In this document: positions 13,844 to 22,536 of the stretch, piece after piece | Position numbering within the stretch: the first letter of the stretch is position 1 | Layout: each line of letters opens with the position of its first letter | IMG/VR virus record: IMGVR_UViG_3300017780_002021 | Location: 1 to 27,454 of that record | DNA from: a virus | Lineage: Duplodnaviria; Caudoviricetes | Length of the DNA: 27,454 nt | Strand: one strand, 5' to 3' | Position numbers and translations under genes: made by a program | The notes under the pieces: model-generated | What the model saw: the letters and a program-made list of their open reading frames with translations, nothing else | What the model was told of the DNA's origin: nothing | The model's database searches: none

Positions 13844-16125
13844 TGGCCAGCGGTCTGTGGTCTGGATCGACCAGCCTTAGTTCTGGAAATGGCCTCTGGG
13901 CTGGCTTCGGTGGGTTCAGCGAGGGCGGCGGGCTGTCTCCGACTGGTGGTTCCACCCCTGCACAGTCGGTCTATAACATTGCCGTAATGGGGCAGTCCGA
14001 GATTTTTTACATCGTCGCACCTGCTGGCCCGTATAACATCATCCCGCAGCCGACGAATGTGCCCAGCGGCGTGGTTACGGTTTACACGCAAGCCGTGGCT
14101 CTTGGCCCGATTGTCACCACCCCGGTCACGCAAGCTGCTGCTACTGCCCGCAGCGTCAACCCGGCCATTTCAGCCATGACTTGCGCGCTGGCTTACGTGC
14201 TGCCGGGCAAGTCCTTCCACATTGCCACGCCATGCTTTTCGGGCACTGGGCGCGTGGACTTGGGAGACGATGCAACCGATCCCGATGGCCGCTATTGGAG
14301 CGACTTCACCGGCATGATTGCGGCGGCGGAAACTGGCTCTGGCCAGCCCACCGACCTTTTGCTTGAGTGTTGGTATCGCTCGGACAGCGGTTTCACTGCG
14401 AACTTTGTCAATGCGTTCTGGCCGCTGTATTTTGGCAGCGATGGCAGCGGGGCGAATTTCACGCTTGGCACCACCAATGCGGTCATCAGTCGCCGCGTTG
14501 ACCATTGCATCTGGGACGCCCAAGCCGCGACGACCGCGAAGGGCCGGGGCGTGTTTACCCGGTCAGATACCAAGTGGGCCGTTCTCACGCCCATGTCTGA
14601 CGTTTTCGCCTACCCCACCGACCCACCAGACGTTGTTGAGGCAACCAACTTTACCTCTGTCACCAGCACAATGGGAGCGCCCCGCCGACAGGTCATAATG
14701 GACTTGCCGGACAACCCCCTTGCGGCCAGCGTTGGCGTCATTTCCGGCCCGGCTCCGCTCAGCCTTCGCTATGACGTTTCGCCCGGCACAGACGGCGGCC
14801 CTACGCACCCGACGACTGACCCGCCTGGAGGAATTGCTGGAGACGGCGACGGGCAGGTTGCATTCATGTGGCCGTTCTTTGCCGCCATCGCCCGCGAGGC
14901 TGGGCTTACAATCAATGAGCCTTATATCGAGAGCCTTGAAGCTGCTACGGATGGCTCTTGGTGCGATGTTCTAGTCAGGCTGCCAAACAACGGCACGCTG
15001 ACAACGCGCCGGATACTGGAAACCCGCGCGGCTGTCAGCGCCCTTGTGCCGCACCGGCAAGATGTTATCGGCATGGAGATTGGCCGGTCTGGTAGTTACA
15101 GGCCGGTGTTCAACACTGCCGAAGTTAGCTATCCGGCCAACACGCGCGGCACTGTCACAATCACTGACACGGGCAGTGGAAGCCCCAAGCGCGGCAAGGT
15201 GCGGATTACGCCCACCACGGCTTTTGCCTTTGGTGACAGCATCCGGTATCTGGCCGGCGGCGCATCTGGCGTCCTGTTCACCCCGCGCGATATTGGCGTT
15301 GAACTGGACATGCTGATCGAAACAATCCCAGCATATCGGGACGTGACGGCGACATATCCCTTCCCCGGTGTTGCGGTGCGTCCTTTGCAGACGGATACGC
15401 TTGTTCCGGTGCCGGCTCCACCCTTCACCGCCCGCGCTGTGTATTTTGACGGTGGGGACTATTTCAACAATGAAAGCGTGGTTGTCCCGGCGGGTAGCGA
15501 CTTGCTCGCCAGCATGTGGATACGTTCGGCGGACACGTCTTGGAACGCAACTACGCGGCGCATTTTCCAGTTCCGGGTGAGCAGCACAACCACATGGGAG
15601 TTGCTGACCGCATCCTCTGGTCGGCTTACACTGCGACTGAACAACAACACGGCGACTGACACCGTGTCGTTCACGGCCAACGGCGGCGCAACGCAGTTTG
15701 CCATCAATACATGGTATCATGTGATGATCGCCGCCAGTGGTGGGACTGCGCGGGTTTATGTGAACAACGTGGCAGTTGCCACCATGACCTACGCCACACT
15801 TGACCAAGCCGGCACCAACCTGACCCGCATCGGCATTGGCGCGCAGTCGCCGGGCACCGGGCCTTGGATTGGCGACATTGGCCATATGTGGATCAGCCCG
15901 ACGCAAACGCTTGACCTAACTGTAACGGCCAATCGGGAGAAATTCGCTCTTGCCGGCAACCCGGTTGATCTAGGCAGTTTGGGCGCAACCCCAACAGGCA
16001 CCCAGCCAGAGTTCTATTTTGACGGCGCGGGCGCGGCATGGAGCAACCTCGGTAGTTTTGGCAGCATCCCGGCGACCGGCGCTGTGGTGGCGACGTTTAC
16101 CGCGCCCGTTGTTCCGGCGTATTAA
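13843..16125 (+). CDS. putative tail spike/receptor-binding protein, 760 aa: SGNH/acetylesterase-like N-terminal region and LamG/ConA-like C-terminal domain
   Basis: ATG in TAATG overlap at 13843; 'IAVMGQSE' and later 'THP'; C-terminal 'AVYFDGGDY...SMWIR...NTWYHVMI...RVYVNNV...IGIGA...W.GDI' is the LamG pattern. Confidence 0.65.
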   Translation: MASGLWSGSTSLSSGNGLWAGFGGFSEGGGLSPTGGSTPAQSVYNIAVMGQSEIFYIVAPAGPYNIIPQPTNVPSGVVTVYTQAVALGPIVTTPVTQAAATARSVNPAISAMTCALAYVLPGKSFHIATPCFSGTGRVDLGDDATDPDGRYWSDFTGMIAAAETGSGQPTDLLLECWYRSDSGFTANFVNAFWPLYFGSDGSGANFTLGTTNAVISRRVDHCIWDAQAATTAKGRGVFTRSDTKWAVLTPMSDVFAYPTDPPDVVEATNFTSVTSTMGAPRRQVIMDLPDNPLAASVGVISGPAPLSLRYDVSPGTDGGPTHPTTDPPGGIAGDGDGQVAFMWPFFAAIAREAGLTINEPYIESLEAATDGSWCDVLVRLPNNGTLTTRRILETRAAVSALVPHRQDVIGMEIGRSGSYRPVFNTAEVSYPANTRGTVTITDTGSGSPKRGKVRITPTTAFAFGDSIRYLAGGASGVLFTPRDIGVELDMLIETIPAYRDVTATYPFPGVAVRPLQTDTLVPVPAPPFTARAVYFDGGDYFNNESVVVPAGSDLLASMWIRSADTSWNATTRRIFQFRVSSTTTWELLTASSGRLTLRLNNNTATDTVSFTANGGATQFAINTWYHVMIAASGGTARVYVNNVAVATMTYATLDQAGTNLTRIGIGAQSPGTGPWIGDIGHMWISPTQTLDLTVTANREKFALAGNPVDLGSLGATPTGTQPEFYFDGAGAAWSNLGSFGSIPATGAVVATFTAPVVPAY

Positions 16126-16140
16126 TAGACTGCGACAAAA

Positions 16141-16407
16141 ATGACACAACCATCTCACTATGAACTCGGTCAGCAAATCGGCGGACTGGCTGCGATATTG
16201 AATCCGCTGCCGGAAAGGCTTGACAGGTTCGAGAAAAAGTTGGACACGGAGATTGCGGGACTGCGAAACGAAATCGCAGAACTGAAAGAGGCGCGCTCGC
16301 ACCTCGTTGGAGTAGGCGTTGGAATAGGCATTACGTTCACTTTCCTTGCAGGTCTGATCGCCGCTGTTGCCAATGGCGCATTGAAGTGGTTGGGCCTGTC
16401 AACCTGA
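16141..16407 (+). CDS. small coiled-coil protein with C-terminal transmembrane helix (possibly holin/antiholin-like)
   Basis: Heptad segment then hydrophobic LVGVGVGIGITFTFLAGLIAAV. Confidence 0.65.
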   Translation: MTQPSHYELGQQIGGLAAILNPLPERLDRFEKKLDTEIAGLRNEIAELKEARSHLVGVGVGIGITFTFLAGLIAAVANGALKWLGLST

Positions 16408-16420
16408 CAGGAGCAGGCAC

Positions 16421-17665
16421 TTGCCGAATCAACATGACATTGACCCCGCACGCGATGCGGAGATTGCCGCGCTTGCGGAAAGAGTTGGAAGCAGGCGGGC
16501 GGCGGCGAGAGAATTGGGAACCAGTAAGACCGCAGTAGATAACGCCGTCAAGCGCCACCTGTCGCGCACCATCGGAAATCGCGGCGCCATGGCCCCACTG
16601 CCGGGCATGGAAATCCGAGAAGTCACAGACCAATACGCAGCAGATGGCAGTCTCAAGGGATTTTCTGTTAAGCAGTCAGCAACCGGCGACGAGGTTCCAC
16701 TTTCTCCCGCGCTGGCAGGGAATGTCATCAAGCGCATCAGCACGAACTATCGAGCCGATGGCTCTGTGGGCCAACGGTGGGTTATCGAGTCGCCGGAGCG
16801 CGCGCAGATTGCGGAAAACATTCGCGCCTTTGTCGAAGGCATTTGCGAAGGAAAGCCCCCCGGCCCAGAGGTTTCACATGCCAGCGTCGTCGATGAAGAC
16901 ATGCTCTGCGTCTACCCCATGGGAGACCCGCACTTCGGCATGAAAGCCCATGCGCCAGAGGCCGGCGAGAACTTCGACCTGAAGATTGCAGAAGCAAACA
17001 CGAAGGGAGTCGTTGATCGACTTGTCTCAACTGCGCCGCCCGCAAAGACCGCCATCCTCGCTAACCTCGGTGACTTTTTTCACGCCGACGACAACAGCGC
17101 CCGAACCAAGCAGAGCGGAAACCCGCTTGATGTTGATGGCCGATGGCACGAGGTTCTTCGTGTCGGCGGATGGACGATGGTTCACTTGGTTTACCGGATG
17201 CTGGAAAAACACAGTGAGGTTATCGTTTTTAACGAGAGAGGAAACCACGACGACGTTTCCGCCATCGCTATGGCCGTGGCGCTCGATATGTATTTTCACA
17301 ACAACCCGCGCGTGAAGGTTGTTAACCCTGCGGCATACTATCACTTCTACGAGTTCGGCAAGAACCTGATCGGCTTCACCCACGGCGATGGAGCAAAAGA
17401 GAACGACCTTCCGGCCATCATGGCGCACGACGAGCCGGAAGCGTGGGGCCGCACGAAGCATCGCGTGTTTCACCGTGGCCACTTCCACCACGACCGCTCA
17501 ACCGACCTCGTTGGCTGCACAGTCGAGACACACCGGACGCTGGCCGCAACCGACGCATGGCACCGCAAGTCAGGTTATCGCAGCAAGCGGGACATGAAGG
17601 TGATTTCGTATCATCGAGAGTATGGCGAGATTGCGCGCAGCCGTGTTAATCTGGATATGATTTAA
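16421..17665 (+). CDS. calcineurin-like metallophosphoesterase with N-terminal HTH
   Basis: GDPHFG, LGDFFH, GNHD, THGD, GHFHH motifs; 'SRRAAARELGTSKTAVDNAVKR' HTH; TTG start with AGGAG. Confidence 0.88.
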   Translation: MPNQHDIDPARDAEIAALAERVGSRRAAARELGTSKTAVDNAVKRHLSRTIGNRGAMAPLPGMEIREVTDQYAADGSLKGFSVKQSATGDEVPLSPALAGNVIKRISTNYRADGSVGQRWVIESPERAQIAENIRAFVEGICEGKPPGPEVSHASVVDEDMLCVYPMGDPHFGMKAHAPEAGENFDLKIAEANTKGVVDRLVSTAPPAKTAILANLGDFFHADDNSARTKQSGNPLDVDGRWHEVLRVGGWTMVHLVYRMLEKHSEVIVFNERGNHDDVSAIAMAVALDMYFHNNPRVKVVNPAAYYHFYEFGKNLIGFTHGDGAKENDLPAIMAHDEPEAWGRTKHRVFHRGHFHHDRSTDLVGCTVETHRTLAATDAWHRKSGYRSKRDMKVISYHREYGEIARSRVNLDMI

Positions 17666-17919
17666 TGAGCGCCCTCTTCACCCAAGTTGGCGGCGACCAC
17701 TATCGCTCCAAGTCCATTCAGCCTATCGAGTTCATCCTCGCAAACGGGATTGGATTTTGCGAGGGGAACGTGATAAAATACGTCACGCGCTGGAAGGACA
17801 AAGGTGGACTGGCAGACTTGAAGAAGGCCCGCCACTATCTGGACTTCCTGATCGAGCAAGAGGAATCCGGCATGTGTTCGACCCGCTCTGGCACTACGGA
17901 TTCCGATACGGGAGAATGA
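17665..17919 (+). CDS. DUF3310 / SaV-like (T7 gp1.7-related) protein
   Basis: QVGGDHY...IQPIEFI...FCEGNVIKYVTR...KGG..DLKKA.HYL. Confidence 0.85.
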   Translation: MSALFTQVGGDHYRSKSIQPIEFILANGIGFCEGNVIKYVTRWKDKGGLADLKKARHYLDFLIEQEESGMCSTRSGTTDSDTGE

Positions 17920-17922
17920 TGA

Positions 17923-18303
17923 ATGTGGACATGGGATCAGAGTGCCGGGACGCTGAGTCACAACGGCTCCCGCATTTCTTCGGGCTATGCAGGCAAAGGC
18001 CGTGGCCGCAACAATCCGGCTCTGCAAGGTGTCGCTGGCGTTGGCCCTCTACCGCGTGGGCACTATCGCATTGGCACGCCGCGAACGAGTCAGCGAACCG
18101 GGCCATACGCCATGGATTTATACCCCATTGACGCAACGCCGAACGACACGCGGCACGACACAACGGGACGATCTGCGTTTCAGATTCACGGGGATTCTGT
18201 CCGCGCTCCCGGCACAGCATCGAGCGGCTGCATCATCCTGCCGCGCGTCATTCGTGAGCGCATCTGGAAATCTGGCGACCACGATCTTGAGGTGGTGGAA
18301 TGA
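17923..18303 (+). CDS. Tlde1/DUF2778-like L,D-transpeptidase-fold cell-wall enzyme, probable endolysin
   Basis: GYAG...NNP...GPLPRG.Y...GRSAFQIHG...SSGCII with H-x14-C catalytic spacing; directly upstream of holin and spanins. Confidence 0.8.
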   Translation: MWTWDQSAGTLSHNGSRISSGYAGKGRGRNNPALQGVAGVGPLPRGHYRIGTPRTSQRTGPYAMDLYPIDATPNDTRHDTTGRSAFQIHGDSVRAPGTASSGCIILPRVIRERIWKSGDHDLEVVE

Positions 18304-18461
18304 TTAAGTATATGAAGGCCCGCTTGAACGAGCGCAGCACATGGCTCGCACTAGGAGCGGCTGCGTCTGCTGGTGCTGCTCTCGATATTCCGTGGGGCTA
18401 CATCGCGGCGGCAGCGGCCTTCCTTGCGGCGCTGGTGCCCGATGGATCGGTGAGTCAATGA
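18300..18461 (+). CDS. probable holin, 53 aa (MIKYMKARLNERSTWLALGAAASAGAALDIPWGYIAAAAAFLAALVPDGSVSQ)
   Basis: Manual translation; ATGA overlaps at both ends; two hydrophobic segments; RL.E.STW motif. Confidence 0.7.
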   Translation: MIKYMKARLNERSTWLALGAAASAGAALDIPWGYIAAAAAFLAALVPDGSVSQ

Positions 18462-18820
18462 CGTTCACCGATACCCATAAAACCATCGCGCGCTATCTGT
18501 TTGCGTTTGCTGGATTCGCTCTCGGCGGCATCCTGATCTACCAGGTATTCATCGCGCCGGGAAAGATGCGGCTTGCTGTGACTGATGCAGAAAATCAACA
18601 GACTGTTGCGGAAAAGCGACAGGAAGCGGCGACGGACGTGCGCAAGGAAACGGAGAGATACTATGTGGAAAAACGTATCATTGAAGAGCGAGTGCCTGCT
18701 GGGGTCACATCAGTATTGCAGGCTCCTACTGACGCTGACGCTTCTGATGCTGCTCGCGCTGCTGCCTGCATGTTCAACCACAGTTACCCGGCTGACCATC
18801 CCGCCTGTAAAGTGCAGTGA
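18458..18820 (+). CDS. probable inner-membrane spanin (Rz-like)
   Basis: ATG 18458 in ATGA overlap; N-terminal TM then coiled coil, C-terminal Cys. Confidence 0.7.
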   Translation: MTFTDTHKTIARYLFAFAGFALGGILIYQVFIAPGKMRLAVTDAENQQTVAEKRQEAATDVRKETERYYVEKRIIEERVPAGVTSVLQAPTDADASDAARAAACMFNHSYPADHPACKVQ

Positions 18821-19046
18821 GTTCGTCGCCGCAGAGGCGTGGTCTATGGTGCAGGGCGTCGATGTCTCTCGCGCCGAGAGCCAGCGTGAATGGGCCGCTG
18901 CATTTGTCGGCCAAACCGGGAAACTGGAAACGGCAAACACGGACAAGGTGTATATCCGCTCTGTGATTGCAGCCTGCGAAAAACGGGAGCGCGAGATATA
19001 CGACTCGCTCAACGGAAAGAAGCGGAGGTTTCTGGGAATTTTTTGA
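18663..19046 (+). CDS. probable outer-membrane lipoprotein spanin (Rz1-like), overlapping i-spanin in another frame
   Basis: GGAG at 18652-18655, ATG 18663; Leu-rich signal and lipobox LPAC, then Pro/Cys-containing mature part. Confidence 0.7.
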   Translation: MWKNVSLKSECLLGSHQYCRLLLTLTLLMLLALLPACSTTVTRLTIPPVKCSEFVAAEAWSMVQGVDVSRAESQREWAAAFVGQTGKLETANTDKVYIRSVIAACEKREREIYDSLNGKKRRFLGIF

Positions 19047-19047
19047 T

Positions 19048-19103
19048 TCCCTCCCCACCCTGCTGATGCGAGAGAGGTTGAGTTTAGCCCGGATGGGGAG
19101 GGA
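19048..19103. repeat. inverted repeat after lysis cassette (possible terminator or processing stem)
   Basis: TCCCTCCCCA (19048-19057) / TGGGGAGGGA (19094-19103). Confidence 0.6.
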
Positions 19104-19124
19104 TGGCGCTTGTATCGCAAACGC

Positions 19125-19153
19125 TTCCCTCCCGTCAACTACTATGTTATAGT
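19125..19153 (+). promoter_or_regulatory. putative extended -10 promoter, probably giving a leaderless mRNA
   Basis: TTCCCT-17bp-TATAGT with TG at 19145-19146; ATG at 19160 six nt downstream, no SD. Confidence 0.55.
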
Positions 19154-19159
19154 GCGTCA

Positions 19160-19807
19160 ATGCCCACCGCCATGACCTTTACCAGTCTGCAAGACGATCT
19201 GCGCGCCTATCTGGAGCGCGGGGATACGACTGACCCGACTGTGTTTGAGCAGCTTCCGAAACTGATTAACCTCGCAGAGCGCCGCCTTGGCCGTGAGGTG
19301 AAAATCCTTGGAACGATTGCCGTGGTGTCGTCTTCGATGATTTCCAGTAGCAGCGTTTACGCCAAGCCCGACCGCTGGCGGGAAACCATCTCGATCAACA
19401 TTGGCACGGGCGACCCTGCGAACCGGCGCGTCACGCTAACGCCGCGATCCTATGAGTTCGTCCGCGCAGTGCATCCAGACCCGACTGTAACGGGCACCCC
19501 GAAATATTATGCCGACTATCAGTATAGCCACTGGCTGTTCGGCCCGACTCCGAACGGTGCAATTCCGTATGAAGTCATCTACCACGAGAACCCGGCCTAC
19601 CTGGAAGACGCACATCAGACGAATTATTGGACGGACTACACACCGGACGCGCTGTTGTATGCGTCCCTGCTTGAAGCGACTCCGTTCCTGAAGAACGACC
19701 AGCGCCTTCAGGTGTGGGAAGGGCTGTATAATCGCTCCATCGCTGCAATCAACGGCGAAGATCAGCGGCAGATTGTTGACCGCTCAATCGTGCGACGTGA
19801 GGCTTAA
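19160..19807 (+). CDS. probable tail adaptor / tubular protein A-like
   Basis: 'T...L...L..YLER.D', 'I.LAE.R', 'G.PKYYA', 'GPTP', 'PDALLY.SL.EA..FLK' pattern of podovirus adaptors; start taken at ATG 19160. Confidence 0.7.
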   Translation: MPTAMTFTSLQDDLRAYLERGDTTDPTVFEQLPKLINLAERRLGREVKILGTIAVVSSSMISSSSVYAKPDRWRETISINIGTGDPANRRVTLTPRSYEFVRAVHPDPTVTGTPKYYADYQYSHWLFGPTPNGAIPYEVIYHENPAYLEDAHQTNYWTDYTPDALLYASLLEATPFLKNDQRLQVWEGLYNRSIAAINGEDQRQIVDRSIVRREA

Positions 19808-19810
19808 CAG

Positions 19811-22018
19811 ATGACCTTTACTTCGGTTTTTGGCGGCACGACCATTTATCCATCCAGTGCGTTGTATCGCGCGATCACGCTGAACAGCAACGTAACTCTC
19901 GCGTGGCCGCTTGAAACGGCGACGACGGAAGACGTGGTTGCTGATATTATGGACGTGACGCCGAACTCGTCTGGCTATTCGGTGGTCATGCCGCCTGCCA
20001 ATGAGGTTTCGGTTGGGCAGATCATCCTGTTTTTCAACGCCGGCTCGTTCTCGTTTAACGTGGCAAACAGCAGCGGCAGCACTATCGTCAGCATCGCTCC
20101 GGGTTTGGCGTGGCAGATTATCCTGACCAGCAACGCAACCGCGAACGGAACATGGCGCACGGTGCAGTTCGGCGCTGGAACGTCGTCTGCCACGGCCGGG
20201 TCACTCGTCGGCGCTGGCATCAAGGCTATCGGCTCGACGCTCAATCAGGCCATGTCAGCCACCGCGCTGAGCATCAACTACTCCGCAAGCACAGACGACC
20301 GCTCCGAGGTGTTCAACTGGACGGGCGGCGCTGGAACATTCACACTGCCGTCTACCGCTGTGGTTGGCAACGATTGGTTCATCCATCTGCGGAACAGCGG
20401 GAGCGGCGGCCTGACCATTGATACCAGCGTCGGCGGGCAGGTTATTAACGGCGGCTCAACGCTGATCCTGAATCCCGGCGATAGCGCCATCCTGTTCTGT
20501 GACGGCAGCAATTATTTCACAGTCGGCCTTGGCCAGAGTGCGACGTTCACGTTTGATTTCGTGTCGATCAATCTTACCAGCGTGTCGTCGCCGTATACGC
20601 TGGCCGGCGCGAACCTGAACCGGATTGCCTATCGCTTCACGGGAACGATCACCGGCAACATGGTCGTCATCGTGCCCGCGACTGTGCAACAGTATTGGGT
20701 ATCGAACGAAACAGACCTGGCTTCCGATCCCTACACGATTGAAATGAAGACCTCGGCTGGAACCGGCGTCACGATTGGCCGCAACCAGCGCGCGATTCTG
20801 TATAGCGACGGCACGAACGTCATTGACGCGGACACCGCCGGCATCTCGCTCCCACTGTCTGTTAGTCAGGGCGGCACGGGTTCGACGACCGCCTCTGGTG
20901 CGCGCGTCAATCTCGGCGCTACAGCAACCGGCGGCGCACTGTTCACGGCTGCCTCCGCATCTGGGGCGCGGTCTACGCTGGGCAGCACTGTAACCGGCGA
21001 TGCGCTGTTCATCGCTGCGGATGCTGCTGCGGCACGAACGACCATCGGCGGCACCACGGTTGGCGGAAATCTGTTGACCCTGACGAACCCATCCGCGATT
21101 CGGTTCCTGCGGTTGAACGCCGACAACACAGTGAGCGCGCTTGACGCTGCCGCGTTCCTGACGGCTATCGGTGCTGGCTCTGGGGGCGGCACTGTTTCAT
21201 CTGTGAACGCAAGCGGAGGCACAACGGGACTCTCATTTACCGGCGGCCCAATCACGACCAGCGGCACATTGACCATGACTGGCACACTGGCGATTGCAAA
21301 CGGCGGCACGGGCGCTGCGACTGCGGGGGGCGCGCGGACGGCGCTTGGCAGCACGGCCACGGGCGATGCGCTATTCACCGCTGTTGACACCTCTGCGGCG
21401 CGGACGGCGCTTGGACTTGGCTCTCTAGCGACCGTCAGCACGATTAATAACACGAACTGGTCTGGCACCGCGCTCTCTGTGGCGAACGGTGGGACTGGCG
21501 CGACGACGTTGACAGGCATAGTGCGCGGCAACGGGACTTCGGCGTTCACGACCGGGGTTATTGCTCTGGGCAGTGCGGACGTGACCGGCGTTCTTGGCGT
21601 GGCAAACGGCGGCAGCGGCGCTGCGTCGATCACGGCTAACAGGCTTGTCCGCGCCAATGGCACCTCGGCATTCACGGCGTCGATTATTACGGACGACGGC
21701 TCGAATGTCAGCGTCACCGGCAACGTGACCACTTCAGGACTTGTTGACGCACAGTCGCCAGGCTCCTCCTCAACGGGCGGCGTTCGCATTCGCGCTCCAG
21801 TTGCAGCAACCCCCGCTTATCTGCAATTCACCAACAGCGCAGCCTCTTCGGAGTTGGCCAATCTCGCTGTCACATCGGCAGGCCTTGGGACGTGGAACGG
21901 TGCCGGAGGCTTTGCGGTCAATGGAAACCTGATCGGCACCAACGCATATCGTGCCGTGACCATCAGCACGTCAACGCCCTCCGGCGGCGCTGATGGCGAC
22001 ATCTGGCTGCGCTACTAA
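19811..22018 (+). CDS. tail fibre-like protein, 735 aa
   Basis: Gly/Thr/Ala/Ser-rich with GTL..ANGGTGA and ART.LG.T.TG.ALF repeats; C-terminal '[10 protein letters not shown]'. Confidence 0.8.
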   Translation: MTFTSVFGGTTIYPSSALYRAITLNSNVTLAWPLETATTEDVVADIMDVTPNSSGYSVVMPPANEVSVGQIILFFNAGSFSFNVANSSGSTIVSIAPGLAWQIILTSNATANGTWRTVQFGAGTSSATAGSLVGAGIKAIGSTLNQAMSATALSINYSASTDDRSEVFNWTGGAGTFTLPSTAVVGNDWFIHLRNSGSGGLTIDTSVGGQVINGGSTLILNPGDSAILFCDGSNYFTVGLGQSATFTFDFVSINLTSVSSPYTLAGANLNRIAYRFTGTITGNMVVIVPATVQQYWVSNETDLASDPYTIEMKTSAGTGVTIGRNQRAILYSDGTNVIDADTAGISLPLSVSQGGTGSTTASGARVNLGATATGGALFTAASASGARSTLGSTVTGDALFIAADAAAARTTIGGTTVGGNLLTLTNPSAIRFLRLNADNTVSALDAAAFLTAIGAGSGGGTVSSVNASGGTTGLSFTGGPITTSGTLTMTGTLAIANGGTGAATAGGARTALGSTATGDALFTAVDTSAARTALGLGSLATVSTINNTNWSGTALSVANGGTGATTLTGIVRGNGTSAFTTGVIALGSADVTGVLGVANGGSGAASITANRLVRANGTSAFTASIITDDGSNVSVTGNVTTSGLVDAQSPGSSSTGGVRIRAPVAATPAYLQFTNSAASSELANLAVTSAGLGTWNGAGGFAVNGNLIGTNAYRAVTISTSTPSGGADGDIWLRY

Positions 22019-22536
22019 TGCCGTGGCACGCGCGAGACGGTGGAACATGGAGGGACATCGTCGATCCCAGCGTCCGCGTGTCTGGTGTATGGCAGCCCGT
22101 GCAGGAGGCGTGGACGCGCGTTTCTGGGACGTGGCAGCGATATTATAACCGCGCCCCCGTCATCTCTATTTCCAACCAGACCGTCTCCGACGTTGGCGTA
22201 AACAATCCGGCCAGCGCGGGCTATCGCCTGACCGATGCCGGCGCAATCCAGACCATCGTGAACGGTTCGGCAACGACCATTGGCAACTGGATTTCTCCTC
22301 TGTCTGGGTTCTCGGATTACGAAGTCGAAGTGACGGTAACAGGTAGCGGCGGCACGTTTACAGGCCCGACTGGCGCTGGAGTCTGGTCTAACCTCGGCAC
22401 GACGCGGACGTGGGAACTCTCCTCTTCCGCTTCGGGCGCATTCTTTTCGCGCACCCTCACCGTCTCAATCCGCGACGTGGCCACATCGACCGTGCAAGCG
22501 ACCGCGACCATCACGCTTCAGGTGGAGGCGACCTAA
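22018..22536 (+). CDS. tail fibre-associated protein, 172 aa
   Basis: TAATG overlap; Trp-repeat N-terminus (G.W x3) then beta-rich domain. Confidence 0.7.
   Translation: MPWHARDGGTWRDIVDPSVRVSGVWQPVQEAWTRVSGTWQRYYNRAPVISISNQTVSDVGVNNPASAGYRLTDAGAIQTIVNGSATTIGNWISPLSGFSDYEVEVTVTGSGGTFTGPTGAGVWSNLGTTRTWELSSSASGAFFSRTLTVSIRDVATSTVQATATITLQVEAT

Noticed and set aside
19048-19103. Possible tRNA or known ncRNA
   Set aside because: No cloverleaf, T-loop consensus or CCA; only a 10-bp outer stem
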